The notes below the pieces were generated by a model. The model ran no database searches, had not been told where the DNA came from, and worked only from the letters and a program-made list of their open reading frames with translations. A program made the position numbers and the translations under genes. DNA of 64,000 bases from contig JAPXRV010000001.1 of assembly GCA_033813415.1 (NCBI GenBank), forward strand, positions 40,524-104,523, in the 5' to 3' direction. Position 1 is the first letter of the stretch, and every line of letters starts with the position of its first letter. Below are positions 1 through 9,272 of this stretch, piece after piece. This DNA is from Opitutales bacterium (lineage in GTDB: Bacteria > Verrucomicrobiota > Verrucomicrobiia > Opitutales > JAFGAQ01).

Positions 1-155
1 ACCTCATCGAAGTTCATACCCTGGCCTTTGAAAGCCGAGTGGTATTCTCCCGCCAACGTGTCATTCACGAGACGGTTGGTACGGATCTCGATCTGGCGAA
101 CCTTATTGAGGATAGCGCGGGTTTTTTCCGCCGTTTCGTCGTGAGCCGGTTTCAT
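1..155 (-). CDS. DUF58 domain protein, N-terminal fragment (gene continues beyond the left edge)
   Basis: Absent from the ORF track because it is truncated. Minus-strand ATG at 155-153, 32 nt after the MoxR stop. My translation is MKPAHDETAEKTRAILNKVRQIEIRTNRLVNDTLAGEYHSAFKGQGMNFDEV, which carries the GEYxSxFKGxGMxFxEV motif typical of DUF58 partners of MoxR. Confidence 0.6.
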   Translation of the reverse strand, partial: MKPAHDETAEKTRAILNKVRQIEIRTNRLVNDTLAGEYHSAFKGQGMNFDE

Positions 156-187
156 GATCGCATCAGTCAGCTATGCCGGGCTGGCAG

Positions 188-1198
188 TCAGGGAACAGGC
201 AGCGTATTCAGGATCTGGGTGATGATGTCCTCGGATGTGATGCCTTCCGCTTCCGCCTCATAAGAGACTGCCACCCGGTGGCGGAGCACATCGAGAGCCT
301 GGTTTTTGATATCTTCGGGCGTTACAAATCCGCGACCGTTGATGAATGCATTCGCCTTACTGGAGAGGGTCAGGAAGATGGTTCCGCGTGGAGATGCTCC
401 GTTCAGGATGTAGTCCTTGAGTTTGAGTCCGTAATGGGCTGGATCCCGGGTGGCGTGGATGATCGATACAATGTAGTCTTTCACCCGGTCATCCATGAAC
501 ACCGCATTGACCACTTTGCGCGAACGCCAGATGTCCTTCGCACTCACGATCGAGTTAACCGTCAGGTTGACCTCTGATGTTCCCATACGGTCCAGGATGA
601 GGCGCTCTTCAGCCGGAGTCGGGTGTTTGACGATGACCTTGAGCATGAAACGGTCGACCTGCGCCTCGGGCAACGGATACGTGCCTTCCTGCTCGATCGG
701 ATTCTGGGTTGCCATCACCAGGAATACGTCGGGGAGGGGAAAGGTCTGATCTCCGATGGTGACCTGACGTTCCTGCATCCCTTCGAGGAGCGCGCTTTGC
801 ACTTTCGCAGGAGCGCGGTTGATTTCGTCAGCCAATACGAAATTCGAGAAAATAGGTCCTTTTTTGGTGATGAAATTAACGTCCTTCGGGTTGTAGATCT
901 CGGTTCCGATGATGTCCGCCGGCAGCATGTCCGGGGTGAACTGAATGCGTCTGAAGTCCGCGAGCACGGCGCTTGCGAGGGTTTTGAGCGCCAAGGTCTT
1001 GGCGAGCCCCGGGACCCCTTCAAGCAAGACGTGTCCGTTCGCCAGAAGCGAGATGATCAGGCTTTCGATCAGGTGCTCCTGTCCAATGATGTTACGGTGG
1101 AGTTCCTCCTTGAGAGGCCGCAACCAGAACGATGACCGCTGGACGGATTCGTTGAGTTCCTGAATGGTGAGTTTTCTCGGAGGTGTTTGGTTTTCCAT
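188..1198 (-). CDS. MoxR-family AAA+ ATPase
   Basis: Walker A LLEGVPGLAKT, Walker B VLADEINRAPAKVQSALLEGMQERQVTIG, and RIQFTPDMLPADIIG. The likely start is the internal ATG (MENQTPPRK) at 1198, not the ORF maximum at 1282. Confidence 0.9.
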   Translation of the reverse strand: MENQTPPRKLTIQELNESVQRSSFWLRPLKEELHRNIIGQEHLIESLIISLLANGHVLLEGVPGLAKTLALKTLASAVLADFRRIQFTPDMLPADIIGTEIYNPKDVNFITKKGPIFSNFVLADEINRAPAKVQSALLEGMQERQVTIGDQTFPLPDVFLVMATQNPIEQEGTYPLPEAQVDRFMLKVIVKHPTPAEERLILDRMGTSEVNLTVNSIVSAKDIWRSRKVVNAVFMDDRVKDYIVSIIHATRDPAHYGLKLKDYILNGASPRGTIFLTLSSKANAFINGRGFVTPEDIKNQALDVLRHRVAVSYEAEAEGITSEDIITQILNTLPVP

Positions 1199-1364
1199 AG
1201 ACGTAGTGATTGGTGTCTTCCGGGAGCGACTATGTTCAACGGTAAAGGAGCGGTGATTCAATCCTTTTTCGAAATATGTCACCGAAGGATATCCGCAGTT
1301 GAAATTGAAGGTGGGTTGGGGTGGTGATTGAACTCTGGTTTATTGATCAAAAATTCAATCGGAA

Positions 1365-1997
1365 TCAGCGAGAAATTGCCGGAACCGGGGACGCTGGACT
1401 CATCGAGCTGATGACGCGTATCCAGGGCATCCCCGCGCGAACGGCAGCTTCGATTCCAAGATCACCGTCTTCGAACACCAGACAATCCGAAGCCCGGTGT
1501 CCCAGTCTGCAAGCGGCTAGCAGAAACATGTCGGGAGCCGGTTTTCCGCGGCACACATCATCCTGACAGACGATGGTCTGAAAATAGTGCTCCAATCCCA
1601 GGATACGAAGCGTCATCGTGACGGTCTCGCGGTAGCTGCCGGATGCGACGGCCATGGGTATCCTGCCGTGGTGTTCCCGGATGATCTCGACCGTGTCCGC
1701 CACTGACTCCACCGTATTGAGGTGATCCTGATAATAGCGTTCCTTGTCGGAGACCACCGTTTCAATGTCGAGCCGGTCAGCGTGTTTTTCGTTAAGCATC
1801 CGCACGGTGTCGCGGAGTCCGATCCCGGCCATCGAGAGAAAAGTCTCTTCCGGGAATGGAAAGACCGCACCGTTTTGTTCAAAAGCCCAAACCCATGACT
1901 TGTAGTGCAGCGGCATCGTGTCGGCGATTGTGCCATCGCAGTCAAAGATGAAGGCATTGAAGTGATAGGGTGAAAGATCGATCATGATGTATTTCAT
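1365..1997 (-). CDS. HAD-superfamily hydrolase (beta-phosphoglucomutase-like subfamily)
   Basis: Motif I FIFDCDGTIADT and C-terminal CLVFEDGDLGIEAA (motif IV). The start is taken at MKYIMIDLS (ATG at 1997). The upstream ORF extension overlaps the divergent epimerase gene. Confidence 0.8.
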   Translation of the reverse strand: MKYIMIDLSPYHFNAFIFDCDGTIADTMPLHYKSWVWAFEQNGAVFPFPEETFLSMAGIGLRDTVRMLNEKHADRLDIETVVSDKERYYQDHLNTVESVADTVEIIREHHGRIPMAVASGSYRETVTMTLRILGLEHYFQTIVCQDDVCRGKPAPDMFLLAACRLGHRASDCLVFEDGDLGIEAAVRAGMPWIRVISSMSPASPVPAISR

Positions 1998-2136
1998 GAT
2001 AGGCGGGCAAAACGGCGATGAGTCAATCCCATCGTGCATGGAGTAAGGTATGGGCGGCTTGTTTCGTGTCGCCTCAGCAACTGCCCATGCAATTGTGTTG
2101 CCGATCGTCCGGGAGTTTTTCAATATCCGCCGATCC

Positions 2137-3144
2137 ATGAGAATTCTGCTTACAGGTATCGCGGGCTTCATCGGAGCCAGAACCGCATCACTCCTGCTCT
2201 CGCGCGGGCATGAAGTGGTCGGTGTCGATAACATGAACGACTACTACGATGTGCGCCTCAAGCAGCATCGTCTACAGGAGTTGGCCCGTGAGTCAGGACT
2301 TGAGCATCCGGTGGATGGTTTTTCCGCCTTTCAAAACGGGAGATTATCCTACCATCCGATTGATGTGGAGTCCTATGCTGCATTGGAGCCGCTGTTCGCG
2401 GATGGATTTGATGCGATTATCAATTTGGCTGCGCGGGCGGGCGTGCGCTATAGCATGGAGAACCCGTTTGTCTACCTCAACACCAACACCAAAGGGGTGC
2501 TCAATCTGGTCGAACTCGCCCGCAAGAATGGTGTGGGAAAGTTGGTGCAGGCATCCACGTCTTCGCTCTACGCCGGGCAGCAGATGCCCTTTCATGAAGA
2601 CCTGCCTGTAAATACCCCGATTTCACCCTATGCCGCATCCAAAAAGGCTGCGGAGGCGATCGCCTACACCTACCACCATCTGTATGGTTTGGATGTTTCG
2701 ATCCTGCGATACTTTACCGTATTTGGACCTGCCGGCCGGCCTGACATGAGCCCGATCCGTTTCATCCGCTGGGTCGATGAAGGCACCCCCATCACGCTTT
2801 TTGGAGACGGTACTCAATCCCGGGACTTCACTTATATCGACGACATCGCTGAGGGCACCATTCTTGCGCTCAAACCTCTCGGATATGAGGTGATCAATCT
2901 GGGAGGCGGAAACGAACCGGTGACCATCAATGCTTTCATCCAGCGCATCGAAGGACACCTTGGCAAGAGAGCCAGGATTGATCACAAACCTTTCCACAAG
3001 GCGGATATGATGGACACTTCGGCAGCGATCGATAAGGCCCGTCGTCTTCTCGACTGGAGCCCGAAGGTCGATGTCTGGGATGGATTGAAGCGCACTATTG
3101 ATTGGTATCTTGCCCAACCATGGATGCGCGACATCACACTGTGA
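2137..3144 (+). CDS. NAD-dependent epimerase/dehydratase (UDP-glucuronate 4-epimerase-like)
   Basis: Rossmann motif MRILLTGIAGFIGARTAS, VGVDNMNDYYDVRLKQHRL, and catalytic YAASKKAAE. Start at ATG 2137. Confidence 0.85.
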   Translation: MRILLTGIAGFIGARTASLLLSRGHEVVGVDNMNDYYDVRLKQHRLQELARESGLEHPVDGFSAFQNGRLSYHPIDVESYAALEPLFADGFDAIINLAARAGVRYSMENPFVYLNTNTKGVLNLVELARKNGVGKLVQASTSSLYAGQQMPFHEDLPVNTPISPYAASKKAAEAIAYTYHHLYGLDVSILRYFTVFGPAGRPDMSPIRFIRWVDEGTPITLFGDGTQSRDFTYIDDIAEGTILALKPLGYEVINLGGGNEPVTINAFIQRIEGHLGKRARIDHKPFHKADMMDTSAAIDKARRLLDWSPKVDVWDGLKRTIDWYLAQPWMRDITL

Positions 3145-3174
3145 TCTACCTGAGATCCTCCTGCGATTGAAACG

Positions 3175-4227
3175 ATGACCCGAAAAACGATCGGATGGTT
3201 GATGCTCCTGTCCCTTGTTGTGTTTGTTGGCATCGGGATCTGGAAGACCCGTGTGGCCCAGGATGCGCCGACCTGGACATTTGAGAGACGCCCCGAAGGA
3301 ATCATGGGCACCGAGTGTCTGCTGCGAGTAGTGGTGGATCGGGAGATGAGCGCGCGCGCTGAACAAATTTTGGATGCAGCTGAGGCGCGCATACGATTTG
3401 TGGAGGCGGTTGCGAGCAACTGGATCGATAGCTCCGAGCTGTCGAGGCTCAATTCAGCTCCTGCTCTTGAGAAGATCCAACTGTCGTCGACGCTCTCCAG
3501 TATTCTCAAAGAGAGCCAATCGGTGTTTGCCTTGTCCGAAGGCGCCTTTGATGTGACCTGTCGTCCATTGATCGTGCTCTGGAAAGACGCCGGCCGGCTC
3601 GGTCAGGTTCCGGATGAGTCCGCGATTGCGGAGGCCAGAGCCTCCTCACGATGGGACCTGGTTTCCTGGGTTGATGATGGTCTGATCAAACGGGAAGCTG
3701 GCGTGTGTTTTGATCTTGGCGGGGTGGCGAAGGGATTTGCGATGGATGAGGCTGTGGATGTCATGATGCGGCTTGGTGTGGCAGGAGCCTTGGTCGATAT
3801 TGGCGGTGACCTTAAGACAGCCGGTCGCTCATCTGCACAGGATGGGATATGGTCGGTAGATGTGCGCGATCCGGATGGGGAAGGTGTGATCGGAACACTC
3901 CGGGTTTCCGGGGGTATGGCCGTTTGTACCAGCGGTCACTACGCACGGTTTGTGACCATCGCAGGCAAACGCTACAGCCACATACTGGATCCCCGGAGCG
4001 GCATACCTGTGGATAACGTGCCTTCGGTGACGGTTCTCGGCAATTCGGCGATGAGCGTGGATGCATGGGCGACGGCCCTTTCGGTTATTGGTGAGCCTGG
4101 TCTGGAGCGGCTTCCCGCAGGAATGCAGGCCGTTATCGTGAGAAGGAAAACCGCCGCCGATGGTTCCCGCTGGATCACGACCCCTGGAGTGGATTTCACT
4201 CCGACTTTGGATTCAGTCCATCCATAA
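3175..4227 (+). CDS. apbE: FAD:protein FMN transferase (ApbE family), signal-anchored
   Basis: N-terminal hydrophobic anchor, with the ApbE-type motifs FDLGGVAKGFAMDEA, AVCTSGHY and SHILDPRSGIP. Confidence 0.85.
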   Translation: MTRKTIGWLMLLSLVVFVGIGIWKTRVAQDAPTWTFERRPEGIMGTECLLRVVVDREMSARAEQILDAAEARIRFVEAVASNWIDSSELSRLNSAPALEKIQLSSTLSSILKESQSVFALSEGAFDVTCRPLIVLWKDAGRLGQVPDESAIAEARASSRWDLVSWVDDGLIKREAGVCFDLGGVAKGFAMDEAVDVMMRLGVAGALVDIGGDLKTAGRSSAQDGIWSVDVRDPDGEGVIGTLRVSGGMAVCTSGHYARFVTIAGKRYSHILDPRSGIPVDNVPSVTVLGNSAMSVDAWATALSVIGEPGLERLPAGMQAVIVRRKTAADGSRWITTPGVDFTPTLDSVHP

Positions 4228-4302
4228 TTGGCTCGATTGATCCCTCGAAAGGAATGTGGTTTTCGGTTGAATTGTGGGACTGGAGGATCATGTTTGTTGG
4301 CT

Positions 4303-4983
4303 ATGAGTCGAATCCTGTTGTGGTTTTTGTCGGTGGCTGCAGCCAGCATGCTGGCATGTGAAGCTGGAATTGAATGGAAACAAACCAATCTTTCTTTCAA
4401 AGCACGGCCGGGTGAAGATCTGCTGCGGGCTCAGTATGAGTTTTCGGTGAGTGGATCGCCCGTGACCATTCTCCGGACTCAGGCGACCTGCGGATGCACC
4501 ACTGCGATGCTCGAGAAGGATCGTTATCTCCCTGGTGAGACTGGCGTCATTGAAGTGGTGTTTGACACGCGGAACCGGGCGGGAGTGCAGCGCAAGTCGG
4601 TTTTTGTGGATACGGATGACCCGGAGTCGCCGCGATCCGAGTTGGTTCTTGAAGTGTATATCCCTCAGATTCTCCGCATGGACCCGCGCTTTATCTACTG
4701 GGATAAAAACCTGGATGAATGGGCGACGAAAACGATAGTTCTCAATGTGGACGTTGAGGAGGCGGTGATGCTTGAATCGGTCTCATCCGACACCTCCCAA
4801 CTGCAGGTGGAAGTGGAGAATGGTAAGGCTGATGGTGAATGGCTGGTGCATGTGACTCCAGTGGTTCCGGACGGGGAGCTTCCTTTCTTCCGTGCGGTGA
4901 TCACATGCACTGTTCGTGTGGGTGATAAACAGGATGGAGAGGTTCGACATTTCCTGGCCTACGCTTTCATGAAGGAATACTAA
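4303..4983 (+). CDS. DUF1573 domain protein (secreted)
   Basis: Signal peptide MSRILLWFLSVAAASMLA, then the DUF1573-like core VTILRTQATCGCTTA...GVIEVVFDTRNRAGVQRKSVFVDTDDP. ATG at 4303 is preferred over the TTG at 4228. Confidence 0.6.
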   Translation: MSRILLWFLSVAAASMLACEAGIEWKQTNLSFKARPGEDLLRAQYEFSVSGSPVTILRTQATCGCTTAMLEKDRYLPGETGVIEVVFDTRNRAGVQRKSVFVDTDDPESPRSELVLEVYIPQILRMDPRFIYWDKNLDEWATKTIVLNVDVEEAVMLESVSSDTSQLQVEVENGKADGEWLVHVTPVVPDGELPFFRAVITCTVRVGDKQDGEVRHFLAYAFMKEY

Positions 4984-5040
4984 GAGGTGGGAGGACGTAA
5001 CCAACAGGCACAGGCATCGGGAGTCGGGCAGCCGCACGGT

Positions 5041-5463
5041 ATGAGGTGCATTGCTGATACTATCAAAGGGAGCTTCCTGTTGATGGCTTGTGGGGTGGTG
5101 GTGGCACTCGTGGCGTGGATGATGCGACCGGATGGCTTTCCACCTGCGGTCAATGAACCGGCACCGGATCCAAGGCTGGTTTCCGGGGACACCGTGCATC
5201 AATGGACCGAGCCCGTTTTGTGGGTGGTAATGGACGGTGCTCAATCCGGACACCACGGCCGGATGGAAGGGGAAGTCATCATCGTGAGTCCTGATCATTT
5301 CGAAGATGGCTTGGCGGATCTTCTCGGAAAATGGAACCCGGGATGCCGGATCGTGATCATTTGCGCCGGATTGGACTGTGAGGCCTCATTGGATCTGGCC
5401 GGACGGTTGAGAGCAGAAGTCGGGCTTCCCGATGTGTATGTGATGGGGAAAGGAGTGCCATGA
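5041..5463 (+). CDS. membrane-anchored rhodanese-like domain protein
   Basis: One TM segment (FLLMACGVVVALVAWM), then a rhodanese-like C-terminus IVIICAGLDCEASLDLAGRLRAEVGLPDVYVMGKG. The start is uncertain (ATG 5041 or GTG 4987). The stop overlaps the next start (ATGA at 5460-5463). Confidence 0.5.
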   Translation: MRCIADTIKGSFLLMACGVVVALVAWMMRPDGFPPAVNEPAPDPRLVSGDTVHQWTEPVLWVVMDGAQSGHHGRMEGEVIIVSPDHFEDGLADLLGKWNPGCRIVIICAGLDCEASLDLAGRLRAEVGLPDVYVMGKGVP

Positions 5464-5897
5464 TCGGGATCAACGGGCTACGCCGATGGATGGATCCTGT
5501 TCTGATGCTGGTACTCGGCGGGATATTCGTGTATTCGGGCATGATCAAACTCGCCGATGCCAATTCGCTATTTAATGACATCCTGGCATACCGTATCGTC
5601 GGGCGGGAGCTGGCGTATCCCATAACTTTCTTTTTGCCGGCCTTTGAGCTTGTGTGCGGGGTGGCATTGTTCATCCCGAAATTGAGACGTCCAGCGTTGC
5701 TATGGATTTCTATTATGCTGTTGGTCTTCATGCTGGCTATTCTGTCGGCATGGATGCGGGGCATTGATGTGTCTTGCGGATGCTTCGGAAGCACAGATGA
5801 CGGTGTTGCGTCCTATGATCCTCTGGCTTGGATAATGCGGGACGCCGCGATGCTGGCGGTGGCCGGTTGGCTGTGGTTATCGCGAAAAAGCCAGTAG
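5460..5897 (+). CDS. MauE/DoxX-family redox-associated membrane protein
   Basis: Four predicted TM helices, LLGGIFVYSGMIKLADANSLFNDILAYRIV, and SCGCFG near the C-terminus. Translationally coupled to the rhodanese-like gene. Confidence 0.6.
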   Translation: MIGINGLRRWMDPVLMLVLGGIFVYSGMIKLADANSLFNDILAYRIVGRELAYPITFFLPAFELVCGVALFIPKLRRPALLWISIMLLVFMLAILSAWMRGIDVSCGCFGSTDDGVASYDPLAWIMRDAAMLAVAGWLWLSRKSQ

Positions 5898-6064
5898 CTT
5901 TCACTCAACCTTCATGAGTTGAGTTCGATCAGGTTGAGGGCATGTACGAAAACGTGATCCAATAAGGGCTCATGATCTTCTTTCGAATGGGAAGATAGAT
6001 CCTTAACGAAAATTCAGAATCCGCTGAGGGATGGATTAAGAATACCCCTCTATGATGATTCTGT

Positions 6065-7360
6065 ATGATTAAACCAGGCACAGACGGTGCCATGCATGCG
6101 GATGGGGCATCTATCCGGTTGATGGATGTTGTACAATTCTACAGTCCCATCAGTGGCGGTATCCGGAGATATGTGGAGGATAAATCCCGTTTCCTGGCCA
6201 TGGAGGACTCAGCATCCCATTGTGTGGTGATCCCCGGAAAGACTGCGGATGAATGGATGCTCGATCGAACCCGTTTTGTGCAGATCGCCTCACCCGCGAT
6301 GCCAGGATCTAAAAGTTACCGGCTCCTTCTCGATAACAAGCGATTGAGTGCCGTGATGGACGATTTCAGGCCCCATGTGATCGAGCTTGCGGACCCATTT
6401 CAGAATGCGTGGGCAGCGACTGCATGGGCCCGGCGAAATGGGGCCCGAACGGTTGGCTTTTACCATTCCGATTGTCCACGGTCCTGGGCTGGATGGGTGT
6501 CACGAAAGCTGGGACGTCCTGCCGGAAACCTGAGTCAACAAGTGATTGGATCCTATCTGGGTGCCATTCTGGGAAGGATGGATGCGCTCTTTACCGCATC
6601 ACGCAGGTTTGATCGCTACTGGAGTCAGCACTTGGATATTCCGGTGTTTCACACTCCTTTGGGGTTTGACGACCGTATCTTTCATCCGGCCGAACGCACG
6701 GATGCATTGCGGAACCGCATCGGGGCCTCTCCGGAAGCGCCGCTTCTGGTCTTTGCCGGAAGGTTGGCTCCGGAGAAACGCCTTCACCTCATGATTGAAG
6801 CCTATGCACGGTTGGTCCAGGATGGAAGTCCTGCCCGTTTGCTGATCATCGGAGACGGTGAAGACAAGCCAAGGTTGAAGGCCTTGGAAATGGAGATGGG
6901 CGTTCGGATAGATTGGCTCCCCTATGAGGCTGATCGTGCAAAATTGGCTGAGGTCTACCGTTCTTGTGATGGATTTGTTCACACTGGAAGAGGGGAGACA
7001 TTTGGACTGGCTGTGATTGAGGCTGCGGCATGCGGGTGTCAGGTGGTCGCATTCAGCGGATCCGGATTGGAGGATGCGGCAGCTTGCAATAATTACTCCA
7101 GATTGGTAAAAGAGGGAGATATGGGAGGGTTTGTAGACGCGATTGCCGAAATCATCCGCCACCCTCTTTCCCTTGAAGAAAAATCGATGGAATGGCAACG
7201 CATGTGCATGAGTCACTCCACCCGTGCCGTATTTGGACGGAATTTGGGTTATTACCGGAGCCTGTGTCATGGGCAGAATGACTCTAGAATCCCGGGTGTG
7301 CCGGTGCCCCATCCCAAAGCTGTTATGCCGCAGATGGAGAAGGTGTTGAATGTCGGATAA
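6065..7360 (+). CDS. glycosyltransferase family 4 (GT-B fold)
   Basis: C-terminal GT1/GT4 signature FVHTGRGETFGLAVIEAAACGCQVVA and LLVFAGRLAPEKR. Confidence 0.8.
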   Translation: MIKPGTDGAMHADGASIRLMDVVQFYSPISGGIRRYVEDKSRFLAMEDSASHCVVIPGKTADEWMLDRTRFVQIASPAMPGSKSYRLLLDNKRLSAVMDDFRPHVIELADPFQNAWAATAWARRNGARTVGFYHSDCPRSWAGWVSRKLGRPAGNLSQQVIGSYLGAILGRMDALFTASRRFDRYWSQHLDIPVFHTPLGFDDRIFHPAERTDALRNRIGASPEAPLLVFAGRLAPEKRLHLMIEAYARLVQDGSPARLLIIGDGEDKPRLKALEMEMGVRIDWLPYEADRAKLAEVYRSCDGFVHTGRGETFGLAVIEAAACGCQVVAFSGSGLEDAAACNNYSRLVKEGDMGGFVDAIAEIIRHPLSLEEKSMEWQRMCMSHSTRAVFGRNLGYYRSLCHGQNDSRIPGVPVPHPKAVMPQMEKVLNVG

Positions 7361-8534
7361 AACCCAGAATCGGGAGTCTGTGCTTCCAGAATCGATTGAT
7401 CCCGGGAGCTTGATTCCGGGGGAACCGATCACTGCAGGGGCTGGTGATGACACGGTTGCGCGTTTTTCGTTGAACATTCCGATTCAAAATATGTGGAGAA
7501 TCGGGATCGGTTTGCTCTGTGCCTTGCTGGCTTTGGTAGTGGTGGCGAAGTTGAATGGGGAGTCGGTTGATTGGAGCAGGATGAGCGAAATTTCACCTGT
7601 TCTGACTGGGGGGCTCTTCCTTATGATTGCTCTCGCGTGGATTTGCAACGGGCTGAGAACCTGGCTTATGGCAAGAACCCTGGGTTACCCGATGGGCTTA
7701 GTGCGGGCGATCGGGATTACTTTGTCCTCCGAGTTTGCAATTGCAGCGACGCCTGGCGGAGTCGGAGGAGTAGGGGTGAGGGTCTTGTTGCAGAAACGTC
7801 AAGGTATTCCGGCGATGAAATCCATGGCGATGTTTGGGACGGATGTCGCTGCAGATTCCATTTTCTTTGCATTGTTGGCTCCCTTTGGATTAGCCGCGCT
7901 TTTGGGTATCGAGCCTATCTCAAAATGGGCCGGAATCGCGTGGGCGGGCGCTCTCAGTTTTCTGAATCCGGTCGACGGTTACACATCTTGGATACTGCTA
8001 ATGTTGGCCGGCTCAGTTTGTTTCACGGTTTGGTGGCTCCGGCATCTTCGACACCGGCGTCAGGCCAAGGGAAGCGGACGTATTCACCGATATGCCCATG
8101 CAGCAGGGGAACGGTTCCGGCATTGGACGGACTCGATGGGCGACCTTTGGTTTAGAAATAAGAGAGTCTGTGCTCTGGTTGTCGTTATAGCATCGATTCA
8201 ATGGACGTGCCGATACGGGGTTCTGGTGCTACTGCTAAATGCAATGGGAGTATCGATGGATCCACTCGCTCTCTTTTTGCTTCAGGGTAGCCTGTTCGCT
8301 CTGTCTCTTGTCGTCGTCATTCCCGGAGGAGGAGGCAGCGTGGAGTTGCTCTCATCGCTGATTTTGAATCCGATGATGGGAAGCAGTGCTTTGGTCGTGG
8401 TTGTGTTGTGGCGTTTCTTCACCTACTACCTTTACTTGCTGGGAGGGGGTATTGCGTTTGTTCTGCAAGCATTTATCCCAAGCCGGGCTTCAATGGGACG
8501 GGTTGCTGATCCGGTGTCGGAGTCTGTTTCCTGA
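7350..8534 (+). CDS. flippase-like / lysylphosphatidylglycerol-synthase TM-region (UPF0104) family membrane protein
   Basis: Polytopic membrane protein with about 8 hydrophobic segments. It contains IPGGGGSVELLSSLIL, and its 5' end overlaps the upstream GT4 by 11 nt. Confidence 0.55.
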   Translation: MSDKTQNRESVLPESIDPGSLIPGEPITAGAGDDTVARFSLNIPIQNMWRIGIGLLCALLALVVVAKLNGESVDWSRMSEISPVLTGGLFLMIALAWICNGLRTWLMARTLGYPMGLVRAIGITLSSEFAIAATPGGVGGVGVRVLLQKRQGIPAMKSMAMFGTDVAADSIFFALLAPFGLAALLGIEPISKWAGIAWAGALSFLNPVDGYTSWILLMLAGSVCFTVWWLRHLRHRRQAKGSGRIHRYAHAAGERFRHWTDSMGDLWFRNKRVCALVVVIASIQWTCRYGVLVLLLNAMGVSMDPLALFLLQGSLFALSLVVVIPGGGGSVELLSSLILNPMMGSSALVVVVLWRFFTYYLYLLGGGIAFVLQAFIPSRASMGRVADPVSESVS

Positions 8535-8681
8535 TGCTGAGTGAGTGGACTTGGGTGTGTTTCAAACAGATGCTCTGCCCAACGGATGGTTATCCGATCT
8601 CTGACTCTCCTTGGGCGACGCAGACTGCGAGCGGGGGCATCTGAGTAAGTTCGCGATCCATCCCGTCGATAGAATCCGCGC

Positions 8682-8710
8682 AAAAAAAAGCTACCGGGTC
8701 TACCGGTAGC
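8682..8710 (-). terminator. intrinsic terminator downstream of the HU gene
   Basis: On the minus strand: GCTACCGG-TAGAC-CCGGTAGC, an 8 bp perfect stem, followed by TTTTTTTT (plus-strand A-run at 8682-8689). Confidence 0.7.
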
Positions 8711-8784
8711 CTTGCAAATGTATCCACTTTGGAGTCGTGATTCTATTCTCCCGAACAGCCAGATCCAGCGGGATGCTCTTTGTC

Positions 8785-9054
8785 TTACAATACTCCCTTG
8801 AGCTTGGATCCAGCCTTGAACTTGACAGTCTTGGCGGCAGGAATCTTGAGCTTGGCCTTGGTCTTGGGGTTGACGCCTGTGCGAGCAGCCCTCTGACCTA
8901 CGCTGAAGGTTCCGAATCCGATGAGTTGCACTGCGTCACCCTTCTTGAGGGAAGCCTTCACAGATTCCATGAAGCCGTCGAGGGCTTTTTCTGAATCCTT
9001 CTGGGTCAATCCGGAGTGCTTTGCGATGGACTCGATCAGTTCTGATTTATTCAT
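8785..9054 (-). CDS. hup: HU-family DNA-binding protein
   Basis: MNKSELIESIAKHSGLTQKDSEKALDGF...VQLIGFGTFSVGQRAARTGVNPKTKAKLKIPAAKTVKFKAGSKLK is the canonical HU/IHF fold signature. Confidence 0.95.
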   Translation of the reverse strand: MNKSELIESIAKHSGLTQKDSEKALDGFMESVKASLKKGDAVQLIGFGTFSVGQRAARTGVNPKTKAKLKIPAAKTVKFKAGSKLKGVL

Positions 9055-9272
9055 AGGTGTGTGATGAGGATTATTGGTTGAGATTAATTACTCTGCTACC
9101 TTTTGGGGATAGAATCTAGGCGTAGCATTCATCAAGCCGTTGAATTGTTCAAGTCCTTAATGCGAAAAAATGGCTTCCAAGCCTCATTTTCAGGGCGTTT
9201 TCGGCCTTTTTTTTGATTTTTCGGTTCAAATCCGACCATTTTTGCCACGCACATGTATCAAGACGGGCAGAT

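Noticed and set aside
8737-8994. 85-aa plus-strand ORF overlapping the HU gene.
   Set aside because: It is antisense to an unmistakable HU coding sequence and has a Leu/Gly/Ser-rich translation with no support.
9166-9247. tRNA-like element on the plus strand in the hup/GNAT intergenic region. It has a perfect 7-bp acceptor-type pairing (AAAAATG / CATTTTT), a consensus T-loop GGTTCAAATCC, a 5-bp anticodon-type stem AGGGC/GCCTT around loop GTTTTCG (anticodon UUU), and a 3' G-CCA.
   Set aside because: No D-stem can be formed (TTCC versus TTTT). G occurs at position 8 and C at position 37. The variable region is an 11-nt U-rich stretch, and the T-stem has only 4 bp. The acceptor pairing is built from A/T runs that are better explained as terminator or UP-element tracts of the flanking minus-strand genes. 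tRNAscan-SE or Infernal would settle it; a tRNA-Lys remnant cannot be fully excluded.
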